From: an uncultured bacterium
GTDB taxonomy: Bacteria; Hydrogenedentota; Hydrogenedentia; Hydrogenedentales; JAEUWI01
Length of the DNA: 51,230 nt
Assembly (NCBI GenBank): GCA_963977445.1
Contig: CAXBPH010000006.1
Coordinates: forward strand, 1-51,230
Direction of reading: 5' to 3'
The translations under genes were made by a program, and so were the position numbers. A model generated the notes under the pieces. That model was not told the origin of the DNA, made no database searches, and saw only the letters and a program-made list of their open reading frames with translations. The first letter of the stretch is position 1; each line of letters begins with the position of its first letter. Of this stretch, positions 31,030 to 41,551 are shown piece by piece.

Positions 31030-33045
31030 ATGGCCAGAGTCAAGTGTCCCCATTGTTTTCATGTGAATCCGGATCAACAGGATAGTTGCCAGAAATGCAG
31101 CACCCTCCTGCCCAAAATCCGGATTGAAGCACGCTCCATCATCAATGACTCGCCCGCTCCACAGAACAACAAAAGTCCGTCGTTCCGAAGGGGACAGGTG
31201 GTGGGTGGACGCTATACGGTATTGAATCTCATCGGCCAAGGCGGCATGGGGTGCATCTACAAGGTGCACGACAACACCCTCGGTGAAGATGTGGCGTTGA
31301 AAACCCTGTTGCCCCAGTTTCTTGGCGATAAGGTGGTGCTGGAGCGCTTTTACAACGAGGCGAAAATTGCACGCCGTCTCGCCCACCCCAACATTGTTCG
31401 GGTTCATGACATCGCGGAAGATGGCAATGTCCTCTACATCTCTATGGAATATCTCCAGGGCATGTCGCTCCGCGAGGTGCTGGAAAGTCTGAAACCGGGT
31501 GAGCGGCTGCCTATCGCCCAGACCTTGCGTATTTTTGATGAACTTTGCGCCGCTCTGGAATATGCCCACCAGTTCACCATCCACCGGGACATCAAGCCCG
31601 AAAACGTGATGCTTGGACAAGATGGCCGGGTGCGTCTGATGGATTTCGGCATTTCGAAGCTCATGGCCAACACCCGCCTTACGGGGGCCTCGGTAGTGAT
31701 GGGTACGCCCTTCTACATGTCTCCCGAACAGATTCGAAACAGCCGCGACGTCGATGCCCGCTCTGATATCTATAGCGTGGGTGTCATGCTCTATGAAATT
31801 CTTACGGGCAGTGTGCCTACAGGTATCCCGAAGCCCGCTTCCCAGCTTATGAGTGACGTGCCCCCGGCGATGGATAGAATTGTCGTCAAATGCGTCGACC
31901 CCAATCCGAAGGAACGCTACCAGAACGCGACCGAATTGCGTAACGCGTTCTTGCCCATTCGGGAGATTCTAAAATCCAGCGTTTCCATTCCCAAGCGAGA
32001 AGCCAATACCAGCGGGGCGGGCTCCTTTGATATGAAAAAGATCGGGGGGGCCGTAGCGGCGCTCCTGATAGTTTCGGGATCGGTCTGGAGTATATCCGAG
32101 GCAGAGAAACACCGAAAAGAGATCCTGGCTGCCGGCCCGGTGATCACTGAAGTTGTCGGCGAGGCTCCACCGGCGGGCGTCAGTTTTGCCGCCTACGAAG
32201 CCCTCCACGAAGATCTCCGCGCCCGGGTAAAGTCCGATGCCGGGCGCTCCGGGGCGAGTACGGCTTTTACGGATGGGGACCGATTCTGGGACGAGGCGGA
32301 ACAGGCCGCCGCCGAGGGCAACGAAGCCCTGGCCGTGGAAAAGGCCGGGTATGCCTTTCAGTGCTATGCCGCCCTGCTGATGCTTCCCTCCTTGCCCGGT
32401 GATATGGTATTCGTTTCCCCGGGGCCCATCGCAGGCACCGGTGATTTTGTTGGCGGGTTCTTCATAGACCGTGATGAAGTGACTATCGGACGATACCGGG
32501 AATTCATCCGGAGTGAACCGCTCTTTGGCCCCTTGCCCACCGTATTCGAAAACTGGGGCTCCGAATACAACGATTACCCTATCAGTGACATTTCCTGCCT
32601 CGAGGCCATGGCGATGGCCGCGTCGCAGGGTTGCACCTTGCCAACCCGGGCACAATGGATACGGGCCGCCGCCTATGGGGACTCCGACGACGCCCGTTGG
32701 CCCGACGGCTCGGAACTGACGGAAGACGATCCACCCCTCTACAACATCAACTATGCCAGTGAAACACCCTTGCCCGCTGCCCGCGAAAATCAAAGTGACT
32801 TGAGTCGCTTTGGTTGCCGCGATTTGGTCGGCAATGTTTCCGAATGGACCCGTACCAGCAAAGACGAGGTGGTTACATTTGGATCCGTCATGACCATATG
32901 CGGGGGCAACTTCAGCCACCCCTTCCTGGCACCGGAAGACGCGAGTCAGACCCTTACGTATGAAGAAAGCGCCCTACAGATCGGCTTCCGCTGCGCCAGG
33001 GAAATTCCTTCCACACCCGGCGCGATCCGCCCGTATCTTCGGTAA
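31030..33045 (+). CDS. Hanks-type Ser/Thr protein kinase with N-terminal Zn ribbon, TM helix and C-terminal FGE-sulfatase-like domain
   Basis: IGQGGMG, VALK, HRDIKPEN, DFGI, YMSPEQ; FIDRDEVT, LPTRAQW, DLVGNVSEW, IGFRC. Confidence 0.92.
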   Translation: MARVKCPHCFHVNPDQQDSCQKCSTLLPKIRIEARSIINDSPAPQNNKSPSFRRGQVVGGRYTVLNLIGQGGMGCIYKVHDNTLGEDVALKTLLPQFLGDKVVLERFYNEAKIARRLAHPNIVRVHDIAEDGNVLYISMEYLQGMSLREVLESLKPGERLPIAQTLRIFDELCAALEYAHQFTIHRDIKPENVMLGQDGRVRLMDFGISKLMANTRLTGASVVMGTPFYMSPEQIRNSRDVDARSDIYSVGVMLYEILTGSVPTGIPKPASQLMSDVPPAMDRIVVKCVDPNPKERYQNATELRNAFLPIREILKSSVSIPKREANTSGAGSFDMKKIGGAVAALLIVSGSVWSISEAEKHRKEILAAGPVITEVVGEAPPAGVSFAAYEALHEDLRARVKSDAGRSGASTAFTDGDRFWDEAEQAAAEGNEALAVEKAGYAFQCYAALLMLPSLPGDMVFVSPGPIAGTGDFVGGFFIDRDEVTIGRYREFIRSEPLFGPLPTVFENWGSEYNDYPISDISCLEAMAMAASQGCTLPTRAQWIRAAAYGDSDDARWPDGSELTEDDPPLYNINYASETPLPAARENQSDLSRFGCRDLVGNVSEWTRTSKDEVVTFGSVMTICGGNFSHPFLAPEDASQTLTYEESALQIGFRCAREIPSTPGAIRPYLR

Positions 33046-33207
33046 GTAGCCCGAATTCTATCGAGGTCGCGGGTATTTTCTTTCCACTGGTGCTCAATTT
33101 CTCACTATTTCAGTGGAAAATCCCGCATTATTTGACAGGGTCCTACCTGGTTCTCTAAAATTTAGATACACCAAGGCGTCCAGAACCCCAAGAAAGTGCG
33201 GTATCTC

Positions 33208-33630
33208 ATGAATATGGTCGTGTGCCCACACTGCAAAACACATCCCATCATCACCACTCGGGTTCCCCAAGATGTGGTCGCCGTGATGCCTTGCCCCAGC
33301 TGCAACGAATTGGCCGTGTTGTTTCGCAACAAAGTAATCCCCATTGACCGTCGTATTCTGGAAGAAGGCTCGAAGGAAGAACGGACCCAGCATCTCGCCC
33401 AGGTAATTACCGAATTTCTCGAAGCGGGCATACTGCCATTTCGAGAAGGTAATCCCGGTTTTGAGTCTTCCATCGACATTCCGGCCGACGATACAGAAGT
33501 CGTCGACGGTGTGAACGATGAGCTCGAATCGCTGGAACCTATCTCGCAAAAAGAAGCCGAGAAATTTGCCCGGGTCGATCTTAAGTGTCTCGACGATTCG
33601 GCCTACTTCCGACGCCACTTCGGCGATTAA
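33208..33630 (+). CDS. Hypothetical small Zn-binding protein with acidic C-terminus
   Basis: CPHC...CPSC pair; start uncertain (33196-33214). Confidence 0.65.
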   Translation: MNMVVCPHCKTHPIITTRVPQDVVAVMPCPSCNELAVLFRNKVIPIDRRILEEGSKEERTQHLAQVITEFLEAGILPFREGNPGFESSIDIPADDTEVVDGVNDELESLEPISQKEAEKFARVDLKCLDDSAYFRRHFGD

Positions 33631-33860
33631 ATAGCCGAAGATTCGTGTCTGACTTTTTCCAAGGCAGTCGGTTGCCAGCTCAGAAGGCACGTAATTTCTA
33701 CGTCTTCGACGTAATGCAGGCGGGCCGCCTGCGCTCCCAAGTGTCAAATTCTGCTTTAAGCGATAGTGGCCAAGTCGACGGGATGTTGACATTTTGCAGT
33801 TGCCTGCATACGCTGCCAAAACTAAAAAGCTGGATTTGATCGAGGTCTGTCTTCGCCTGT

Positions 33861-34583
33861 TTAGTCACCCCGCCGAACCTGGAACAACACGATGCCCGTG
33901 GCCACCGCCACGTTGAGGCTATCGAGTTGGTTGGCGAGGGAAATCGACACGATCTCGTCGCAGCACTTTCGGACCCCCGGCCGCATCCCTTCGCTCTCAT
34001 TCCCCGCAACCAAAACCACGCGGGGGGGCCAGTTCATTTTGAACGCGTCGCAGGTACCACCGGCATCGAGGCCATAAATCCAGAAGTCCGCGTCTCTAAG
34101 ACGTCGTATGGCCTGGGTGAGATTGGTGCTCAGCGCGATGGGTATCCGCAAGACCGTCCCGGCACTGGCCCGAACCACGGCTTCATCGAGTAAGGCCCCA
34201 CCACGAGAAACCAGCACGATACCCGCGACGCCGGCACCGACGGCCGTGCGGATTATCATGCCCAGATTCTTAGGATGTTGCACCCGGTCGAGGACCAACA
34301 AGGTCGCCTCAGGACTGCACCGGCCAATCAGGTCCTCCAGGGGCGTATATTCCAGAGGGCTGATCTGGGCCATGATGCCCTGATGTTCCTGGGTGCCCGT
34401 CAAGGTGTTCAGTTTGGCCTGTGGCACGAAATCCACCACCACCTTATGGGCTTTCGCGGTTTCTACCAACGCCTTACAGGCGGCGGCCCGGGACTCTTTC
34501 GCCACGAGGATTCGATTGATTCGGTCGGGTGCTTGAAGGGCCTCTCGGACCGCATTCACACCAACAATTATTTCGCCTGCCAT
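33861..34583 (-). CDS. rlmB: 23S rRNA (Gm2251) methyltransferase, TrmH family
   Basis: GVNAVREAL, HQGI, LDRVQHPKNLGMIIRTA, GNESEG, SLNVAVA. Confidence 0.88.
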   Translation of the reverse strand: MAGEIIVGVNAVREALQAPDRINRILVAKESRAAACKALVETAKAHKVVVDFVPQAKLNTLTGTQEHQGIMAQISPLEYTPLEDLIGRCSPEATLLVLDRVQHPKNLGMIIRTAVGAGVAGIVLVSRGGALLDEAVVRASAGTVLRIPIALSTNLTQAIRRLRDADFWIYGLDAGGTCDAFKMNWPPRVVLVAGNESEGMRPGVRKCCDEIVSISLANQLDSLNVAVATGIVLFQVRRGD

Positions 34584-34666
34584 AACACTCCAGAAATCGG
34601 GTTGGTGAAACCGGGGACGCCGTGCGCCGTGTTTCGTATTCGCTCACAGTACCAAGGGAAAGGTGA

Positions 34667-35980
34667 TTATATCGAATCGAGGGGGTCGAGACGGTGGCCG
34701 CGCAGGATATCCAGGAGCGCCCGCTGGCCGTCGAGGTCATGACGGAGCGCCGAGGTCGGCCGCTGGGGCGTTTTAATGCCCTGGAGCTCCAGAAGCACAG
34801 CCAGCGCCTCAAAGAGGTCCTGACGGGGATGGCCATGGTCTCGCAGGTGATGGGTGAGCTTCAGGGTCCGGAAGCCGTCGAACCAGGCGTGAAACTGCCG
34901 TTGCCGCTGTCCATCACTCTTGCATTGTCCCAACACCCGGTCCCACGCCGTTTCGAATTGTTGCTGCTCCAGGAATCGCCCCAGCTCGGGGTCAATGGCC
35001 TGCGCCTGTTCCAGCAGGGCCGCGCCACCGTGGGCCAGCCCGCCCTGGGCCGTGTGCAGCCACCGACGAATGACGTCGTAGGTGGTGGGGTTATAAATCA
35101 GATAGGCATCGTCTTCATCCTGTGCATAGGCCCCCACCTTGCGGCCCGTGCCAAAGGGCACCCGGTGCGATGGACGTGATGCAGGCACGACGGTCGTGTC
35201 CCGGATGCGGTCCACTTGCCCCGTCTTGGCCAATTGCTGGAGGAAGTAAAAGTCTTCCCCGGCCTGGCGCCGATTCATACCGCCCGACGCGCTGTAGGCC
35301 TCTGCTGTGCAAATCATGGTGGAACCGATAGCCGGGTAGTGGTAGGGCGATTGGGCGTAGTGCAGGGCCAGTTCCTGGTAGCGAAGAAAGAATTCGTAGG
35401 CCAGGATAGCCCGCGTCTCGTCGCTGTCGCCCGCCGTCGGATGGGCATAGTCCACCACCGCCGCCCAACCCGTGGGTGATTCGAAGAAGGACCGAATCGC
35501 CGCCAGATAGTCGTTCCCCACCCGCGTATCCCCATCCAGGCTGATGAGGGGACCCTGGGGCACATTATTTTCGTGCAGGATCTGCAGGCCCCAGTCCAGT
35601 CCGATTTTTCGGGCAAGACCGACGCCCTCTTTCGGGCCCAGCTCGCGCCCCGGAGAGCTTGCGTCGACCCAGGCCAGCCGCAGGGTCGGGTGGGCCGCTG
35701 CAAAATTCGGCAGGGCTGCCAGGATGCGTTGATTGTCCCGGCAGTCATCGGCACCCGCGATTTCGGGGGCACGGTTGTTCACCACGCACATGACGGAGGT
35801 GTGGGCGAGGCATTCCGGGTCGTTCTGCACGAGGTCGCCCAAGGTCAGAAAAAGTCGTTCCGATTCGGCGAGCACCGGGATAACCACAACCATTTCCACC
35901 CCATCCTGGCCTCTGGACGTCATGGGCCAGTGGGTGTGTTGGGCCCGCTTCTTCAGATAGCTTGCAATAATCTTGCTCAT
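34667..35980 (-). CDS. GT-A fold (family 2-like) glycosyltransferase
   Basis: VVIPV, GVGLARKIGLD, LDGDT (DxD), AGEDFYFLQ, RVPFGTG. Confidence 0.8.
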   Translation of the reverse strand: MSKIIASYLKKRAQHTHWPMTSRGQDGVEMVVVIPVLAESERLFLTLGDLVQNDPECLAHTSVMCVVNNRAPEIAGADDCRDNQRILAALPNFAAAHPTLRLAWVDASSPGRELGPKEGVGLARKIGLDWGLQILHENNVPQGPLISLDGDTRVGNDYLAAIRSFFESPTGWAAVVDYAHPTAGDSDETRAILAYEFFLRYQELALHYAQSPYHYPAIGSTMICTAEAYSASGGMNRRQAGEDFYFLQQLAKTGQVDRIRDTTVVPASRPSHRVPFGTGRKVGAYAQDEDDAYLIYNPTTYDVIRRWLHTAQGGLAHGGAALLEQAQAIDPELGRFLEQQQFETAWDRVLGQCKSDGQRQRQFHAWFDGFRTLKLTHHLRDHGHPRQDLFEALAVLLELQGIKTPQRPTSALRHDLDGQRALLDILRGHRLDPLDSI

Positions 35981-36031
35981 GGCCGTCTCACTGGGTCCCA
36001 GTTACGATAAATACAGGGGATGGGGATAACC

Positions 36032-36940
36032 TCACTCGGCACCCCGAATGACGGCCATCGCCGCGTCGAGTCGGCCCTCGGGTATCCAGTGGATTGTCGT
36101 GCCGTTCTTTTCCATCCGGCGAAACCAGGTCTCCTGACGCTTCGCAAAGCGGCAGATTTCGCCACTAAGCTTTTGGGTAAGGTCGTTCTGGCTGTTTATC
36201 TTGCCCCGCAGGTAGCGGCTTACAAAGCGATATTCGAGGCCAAGCTGTTCAAGCCGTGGCCAGCCGACGCCCTGAGCAATCAAATCCTCCACCTCTTCCA
36301 CCAGGCCCGCCTCCATACGGCTGCGCAGACGGGTGGCAATCCGTTGCCGGAGGGTTTTCCGATTCCACTCAATCCCCAGAATCAGGGGTGAGGTCGGGGG
36401 CGCGGGCTCCGGGATGGCTGTTTCCAGATACAGGGCGATCTCGATGGCCCGCTCCAGGCGATCACGCTCCAGTAAGTCGGTGGTGTTGTGCACATCGGGC
36501 TTCAACTGACACAGTTTTTCGGCCAGCAGCTCGGTCGACATGGGCGCCATTTCTTCCCGTAGGGCGGGGTTGGTCGGCACCGCAATCATCAGGGTCTTCG
36601 ACAGCAGGGCGTCGAGGTAGAGCCCCGTTCCACCCACGATAATCGGCAACTTGCTGGTCGCCACGATGGCGGCAAAGGCCTCATGGTAGTCCCGCTGAAA
36701 CTGGAACACATTGTATTCCGTGTCCAGGTCGACATGGTCGATGAGATGATGGGCCACGGGATACCCCCCCAGCTCGTATTCCTGCAAATCCTTGCCGGAG
36801 CCAATATCGAGACCCCGATAGATTTGCCGGGAATCGGCGGAGATGATGACGCCATCGAAGAGTCGGGCCAGGGCGACGCCCAGGGCGGTTTTTCCCGATG
36901 CGGTGGGCCCCAACACAAGAATTGAATCAAAGGAGGGCAT
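36032..36940 (-). CDS. miaA: tRNA dimethylallyltransferase
   Basis: GPTASGKT, ADSRQIYRGLDIGSGK, VGGTGLY, FAKRQETWFR. Confidence 0.95.
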   Translation of the reverse strand: MPSFDSILVLGPTASGKTALGVALARLFDGVIISADSRQIYRGLDIGSGKDLQEYELGGYPVAHHLIDHVDLDTEYNVFQFQRDYHEAFAAIVATSKLPIIVGGTGLYLDALLSKTLMIAVPTNPALREEMAPMSTELLAEKLCQLKPDVHNTTDLLERDRLERAIEIALYLETAIPEPAPPTSPLILGIEWNRKTLRQRIATRLRSRMEAGLVEEVEDLIAQGVGWPRLEQLGLEYRFVSRYLRGKINSQNDLTQKLSGEICRFAKRQETWFRRMEKNGTTIHWIPEGRLDAAMAVIRGAE

Positions 36941-37100
36941 AGTATGGGCCTACTTTCTGGCGAAATGGCACAAAAACAGAATCTGGACCTGTGTACCATG
37001 AAATTGCGACAATGATTACCCAAATTATACGTGACACAGGGGCCTGTACCGAAGCAGGGCCGTGTATAAACGAGTTTTTCAGCGGTGGGAACGGACCGAA

Positions 37101-39104
37101 ATGAAGAATATACACCAGATTCGCGAAATTTCGACCATTTCCTTTAATGAGCGTGTGCTTCAGGAGGCCGAGGACCCCCGGAACCCCCTGCTGGAGCGGC
37201 TCCGCTTCCTGGGAATCTTTTCGTCAAACATGGACGAATTGTTCAAGGTGCGGGTGGCGAGTATCCATCGGCGCATTGAGTTGGGCAAAAAGGGCTTTCA
37301 GGACATCCTGGAATTGGTCAACGAACGGGCACGCCTTCTCGACGTGCGTTTTCAGGCGGCCTATCGGGTGATTACGGCGTGCCTGGCCGAAAAAGGCATC
37401 CACATTGTCACAGAAAAAGACATTGCCGACGCCCCCAACGGCCTGGAATCCTGGCTGCGGGTTTATTTCCGCACCAACGTGCTCCCCAGCCTCGTTCCTC
37501 TGATATGTCACAAAAGCCAGCCCTTCCCCCAGCTTACCGATGGGGCCCTCTATCTCGCCATCGTTATGCGGGGTAAGAAAAAGCGTTATGCCATTCTGGA
37601 GATTCCGCCAGGTATGTCTCGCTTTGTTGAATTGCCCAATGGCAATATCATGTATCAGGACGATGTCATTCGTCACAATTTGAATGAAATCTTCTATATC
37701 TTCGATTACGAGGATATCGACGCCTACGAGTTTAAGGTCTCCCGGGATGCCCAGCTCGACATCGACAACGACTTCACCGACGGCTATGTCCGCAAGATGG
37801 AGCGGGTCTTAAAGCAGCGCAAAGGGGGACGGCCCACCCGGCTGGTCTACGACGCAGAAATGCCCGCGGGCTTCCGGAAGATGCTGCTCCGGGAGTTGCA
37901 CATCGAAGAGGAAGACACCCTCGTTCCCGGTGGGCGCTATCACAATATGAAGGACTTGTTTGCCTTCCCGCCCAATCGTGAGGACCTCCTTTTTCCCAAG
38001 CTCGACGTGCTGCCCCACCCCGTGTTGGAGCGGGAGCAGCGGCCCATGATGGATATCATCAAAGGGCAGGATCTGCTGATCACCTACCCCTACCAATCCT
38101 TTGGCCACGTTATTCGACTGCTCCGTGAGGCCGCCATTGACCCCCACGTGAGCGCCATCAAGATGACCATGTATCGCTCGGCCACGAACTCTCAGGTGGT
38201 AAACGCCCTCTACAACGCGGCCCAGAATGGGAAGAAGATTTTTGTTTCCATCGAGCTTCAGGCCCGTTTTGATGAAGAGAACAACATTCACATTGCGGAG
38301 AAGTTGTCTGAGGTGGGTGCCCAGGTCGTCTATGGCGTGCCCCCACTGAAAGTACACTCCAAGCTCTTACTCATCGAGCGAAAAAACCAACTCTATGCCG
38401 GCCTATCCACAGGCAATTTCAATGAAACGACCGGCCGTCTCTATGTGGACAGTATTCTCCTGACCAATGATAAGCGAATGACCTCGGAAGTCAACGCAAT
38501 CTTTACCTACCTCGAGCGGGCAAATACGGTCCGCACGGTAAGCGAGCCGGTGTTTAAGTATCTGCTGGTCTCTCCCTTCAATTCTCGCAGCACCATCATG
38601 TCTCTTCTCGAGCGCGAGCAAAAGAAGGGAAAAGAGGGCTACGTCCTGCTGAAAATTAATCACCTGACCGACCCCGGTATCATCGATAAGCTTTACGAAG
38701 CGGCCGACGCCGGTGTCCGTATGGATTTTGTGGTGCGGACCACCTATGCCATGAAACCCCACAAAAACATCCGGGCCATTTCCATTCTCGATCGTTTCCT
38801 GGAACACCAGCGGGTCTACGTGTTTGGCCGTGATGACGAACAGAAAATCTATTTAAGCAGCGCCGACCTCATGGAACGTAATCTGGACTGGCGGGTGGAA
38901 GTGGCCTTCCCCATACTGGACGATGCCCTCCGTCAGCAGGTAACGGAGATGATGCAACTTCAGATTGAAGACACGTCAAAGGCCCGTTATCTCGACGAAA
39001 CCCAGAGCAACCCCTACGTAGGTCGTTCCCCACATGGCAGCCGCGCCCAGGCGGCAACCCGCGCCTATCTGGAAAGCCAGCTGGAAAACACGGAAAGCTC
39101 CTGA
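37101..39104 (+). CDS. ppk1: Polyphosphate kinase 1
   Basis: FNERVL, PLLERLRFLGIFSSNMDE, ELQARFDEENNI, KVHSK, STGNFN, RFLEH, SADLMERNL. Confidence 0.95.
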   Translation: MKNIHQIREISTISFNERVLQEAEDPRNPLLERLRFLGIFSSNMDELFKVRVASIHRRIELGKKGFQDILELVNERARLLDVRFQAAYRVITACLAEKGIHIVTEKDIADAPNGLESWLRVYFRTNVLPSLVPLICHKSQPFPQLTDGALYLAIVMRGKKKRYAILEIPPGMSRFVELPNGNIMYQDDVIRHNLNEIFYIFDYEDIDAYEFKVSRDAQLDIDNDFTDGYVRKMERVLKQRKGGRPTRLVYDAEMPAGFRKMLLRELHIEEEDTLVPGGRYHNMKDLFAFPPNREDLLFPKLDVLPHPVLEREQRPMMDIIKGQDLLITYPYQSFGHVIRLLREAAIDPHVSAIKMTMYRSATNSQVVNALYNAAQNGKKIFVSIELQARFDEENNIHIAEKLSEVGAQVVYGVPPLKVHSKLLLIERKNQLYAGLSTGNFNETTGRLYVDSILLTNDKRMTSEVNAIFTYLERANTVRTVSEPVFKYLLVSPFNSRSTIMSLLEREQKKGKEGYVLLKINHLTDPGIIDKLYEAADAGVRMDFVVRTTYAMKPHKNIRAISILDRFLEHQRVYVFGRDDEQKIYLSSADLMERNLDWRVEVAFPILDDALRQQVTEMMQLQIEDTSKARYLDETQSNPYVGRSPHGSRAQAATRAYLESQLENTESS

Positions 39105-39225
39105 ACGAATAGCAGGGCCGATTGGAAACAAAGTTGTCGCCAGGCCCCGATGAATTGCTCCATGACATGGGGTGCGTTAACGTAGGTTGGACGCCTCGCC
39201 TTCGCACGCCTTTTGCAACGGGCTG

Positions 39226-40407
39226 CTAGCTTGCTTCCCGCTTCGACTTGATGAGCTCGACGACGTTCTCGGTCTCGATCCCATGTTCTTCCAGTTTCTT
39301 CGCCAGGTTGGAAACCTTCTCTTCGTGCTGTTCCAACGTCGTCTCGTGTCGGCGGGCCGCCAAGACCATGAGTATGATGATGATGGCAACGATGGCCATG
39401 CCTTGAAACAACGCGAGCTGACTATCCACCAGACTGGTCGTGTTCCGCAGCAGAATGCCACTGATGCCCAGCGTAATCGATATCAGGTAGATGAAAAACA
39501 CGGCCTGACGCTGGGTAAAGCCAAACCACACCAGTCGGTGGGACAAATGGTCGGGCGCGCAGTGATCGATAATATCCCGCAGGGTGCGGGTCTCCCCTTT
39601 GATGATGCGGGCAAGAATAATATAGGCAAAGTCGAACAGGGGCACGCCAAGTATCAACACGGGGATGGTGCAGGAAATAATTCGATTCTCGGTCCATTCT
39701 CCCATGACCCCGAGGGCCGCCAGGGTGAAGCCCAGAAAAAAACTGCCCGAGTCCCCCATAAAGATCAACGCGGGCTTGCTGTTATACACCAGGAAGCCCA
39801 GGTTGGCACCAATGAGACCCACGGCCAGCATACCAAACCAGGACAGGCTCGTCTCCGTGCTGGTAACGGCGTAGGCCTGCATGGCAATAATGAGAAACAT
39901 GCCCGCCACGATAACCGACAACCCCGATGCGAGGCCGTCCATATTATCGATGCCGTTGAAGGCACTCGTTACGCCCACTATCCAGAGGATGGTAACGGAG
40001 ACGTCCAGCACTTCATTCTGAAACACGTTGATACGCACACCGTATTGGCTGAGGATCAACGTGGCGGCTACGAGGGTGATGAGTTTGTAAAAACCCGGAA
40101 TGCCACCGATGTAGTCGTCAATAGCACCCACCACCAGGCACATGAAGGCCCCCAGGAGGATACCATTCATGCCGTCGCTGCGATAACCCGGCAGGAGCAC
40201 GGCCACAGCAAAGGCCAGAAAGATTACGATGCCACCGCCACGGGGAACGGCCTTCTTGTGAATCTTGTTGTGCGCCACCGCGTCCATCATGCCGATCTTA
40301 CGGAACAGCAGAATCGCCAGGGGCATCAAGAGGGCCGCGAGAATAAACGCGGTACACCCGACCATAAGATAGGTCCGGGGCCAGTAATCCGGTAGTCTGA
40401 ATAACAT
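39226..40407 (-). CDS. wecA: MraY/WecA-family undecaprenyl-phosphate GlcNAc-1-phosphate transferase
   Basis: PRGGG, GAIDD, NGIDNMDGL, IFMGDSGS, HLSHRL; multiple TM helices. Confidence 0.88.
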   Translation of the reverse strand: MLFRLPDYWPRTYLMVGCTAFILAALLMPLAILLFRKIGMMDAVAHNKIHKKAVPRGGGIVIFLAFAVAVLLPGYRSDGMNGILLGAFMCLVVGAIDDYIGGIPGFYKLITLVAATLILSQYGVRINVFQNEVLDVSVTILWIVGVTSAFNGIDNMDGLASGLSVIVAGMFLIIAMQAYAVTSTETSLSWFGMLAVGLIGANLGFLVYNSKPALIFMGDSGSFFLGFTLAALGVMGEWTENRIISCTIPVLILGVPLFDFAYIILARIIKGETRTLRDIIDHCAPDHLSHRLVWFGFTQRQAVFFIYLISITLGISGILLRNTTSLVDSQLALFQGMAIVAIIIILMVLAARRHETTLEQHEEKVSNLAKKLEEHGIETENVVELIKSKREAS

Positions 40408-40510
40408 CCGTGTTATTCCTCACGTTTTCAGCTTCGAAGGGTGGGCACCATCGCTGGACCATGGGCACCTGTTTGGCCCGTCGCAATGAGTTTACAGGAC
40501 ACACACCACG

Positions 40511-41551
40511 TTAACCCAAGGGCACACCACCCGCTGGCATCGCATGTTTCGCTGCCGAATCAAGCATTTCGTTATAATACTGTACTACACATTCTACCAC
40601 ATACTCGACTTCCTGCCGAGTCATTGCGGGGTATATGGGGATGGAAACATTGAATTGATGGGCCTCTTCAGATCGATCAAAACGGCCGCCCAAGGTATGG
40701 TGGGCGGGACGGTGGACCGGGCGGGAAGCCCCCACCCCATGCTCGCGAAGCCACGGGATCAACTGGGGTCCCTCGGGTGTCGACAGCACGAATCGGAAGT
40801 ACAGATGGTCCTCTTGGCGGGGCAGGACCAAGGGCAAATGACGAAGGCCCTCGTGGTAGCGCGCCCCTATCTCCTGGCGACGTGCGAGAAAGTCCGGCAG
40901 ACGCTTCAACTGTACCCGACCCATGGCCGCCTGAAACTCGGTCATTTTATAGGCATAACGAATCTGGAAGTCGTCCCGGTTATCATAATCCCGTCGGTCC
41001 CGGACAAACGCCGCAATCCCTTCATCGTCGGTAAAGACCATACCCCCTTCCCCCGTGGTCAGGAGCTTGGTGGCGTAGAAGGATGTAATCGCTACGATGC
41101 CCTCTTTACCCGCCGTGCCCCCAAAGGCCTGGGCCAAATCTTCCACCACACAGTTGTGTTGGGGCAGGGCCGCCGTCGCACCAAATAAATGGGGCACGAC
41201 AACGGCCCGAACCTCCGCCGGAACCTTCGCGGGATCAAGATTGAAGTCCTTGTCAATTTCACAAAGTACGGGATGGGCTCGTTGCCATGCGATCGCCTGG
41301 GTAAGGGACGCACAGGCATAGGAGGGCACCGCCACACTGTCTTCCGGATGAACGCCCAACGCCATCAACGCGAGATGAAGGGCCGCCGTTCCGCTGTTTA
41401 CGGCAATCCCGTAGCGTCGCCCGAGGAAGGCCGCCGTCTCTTTTTCAAATGCTTCGACTTCCCGGCCCTGGGCCAGATTACCCGAAGCGAGAACGGCCGC
41501 CATCGCCTGGGCCTCTTCCTCGCCCACCATCGGTCGGCTGTGGGGAATCAT
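40511..41551 (-). CDS. DegT/DnrJ/EryC1/StrS family sugar aminotransferase
   Basis: VNSGTAALHLAL, EDLAQA, SFYATKLLTTGEGG. Confidence 0.92.
   Translation of the reverse strand: MIPHSRPMVGEEEAQAMAAVLASGNLAQGREVEAFEKETAAFLGRRYGIAVNSGTAALHLALMALGVHPEDSVAVPSYACASLTQAIAWQRAHPVLCEIDKDFNLDPAKVPAEVRAVVVPHLFGATAALPQHNCVVEDLAQAFGGTAGKEGIVAITSFYATKLLTTGEGGMVFTDDEGIAAFVRDRRDYDNRDDFQIRYAYKMTEFQAAMGRVQLKRLPDFLARRQEIGARYHEGLRHLPLVLPRQEDHLYFRFVLSTPEGPQLIPWLREHGVGASRPVHRPAHHTLGGRFDRSEEAHQFNVSIPIYPAMTRQEVEYVVECVVQYYNEMLDSAAKHAMPAGGVPLG

Noticed and set aside
32400..33045. FGE/CLec domain as a DGR target
   Set aside because: No template repeat or reverse transcriptase seen in the window
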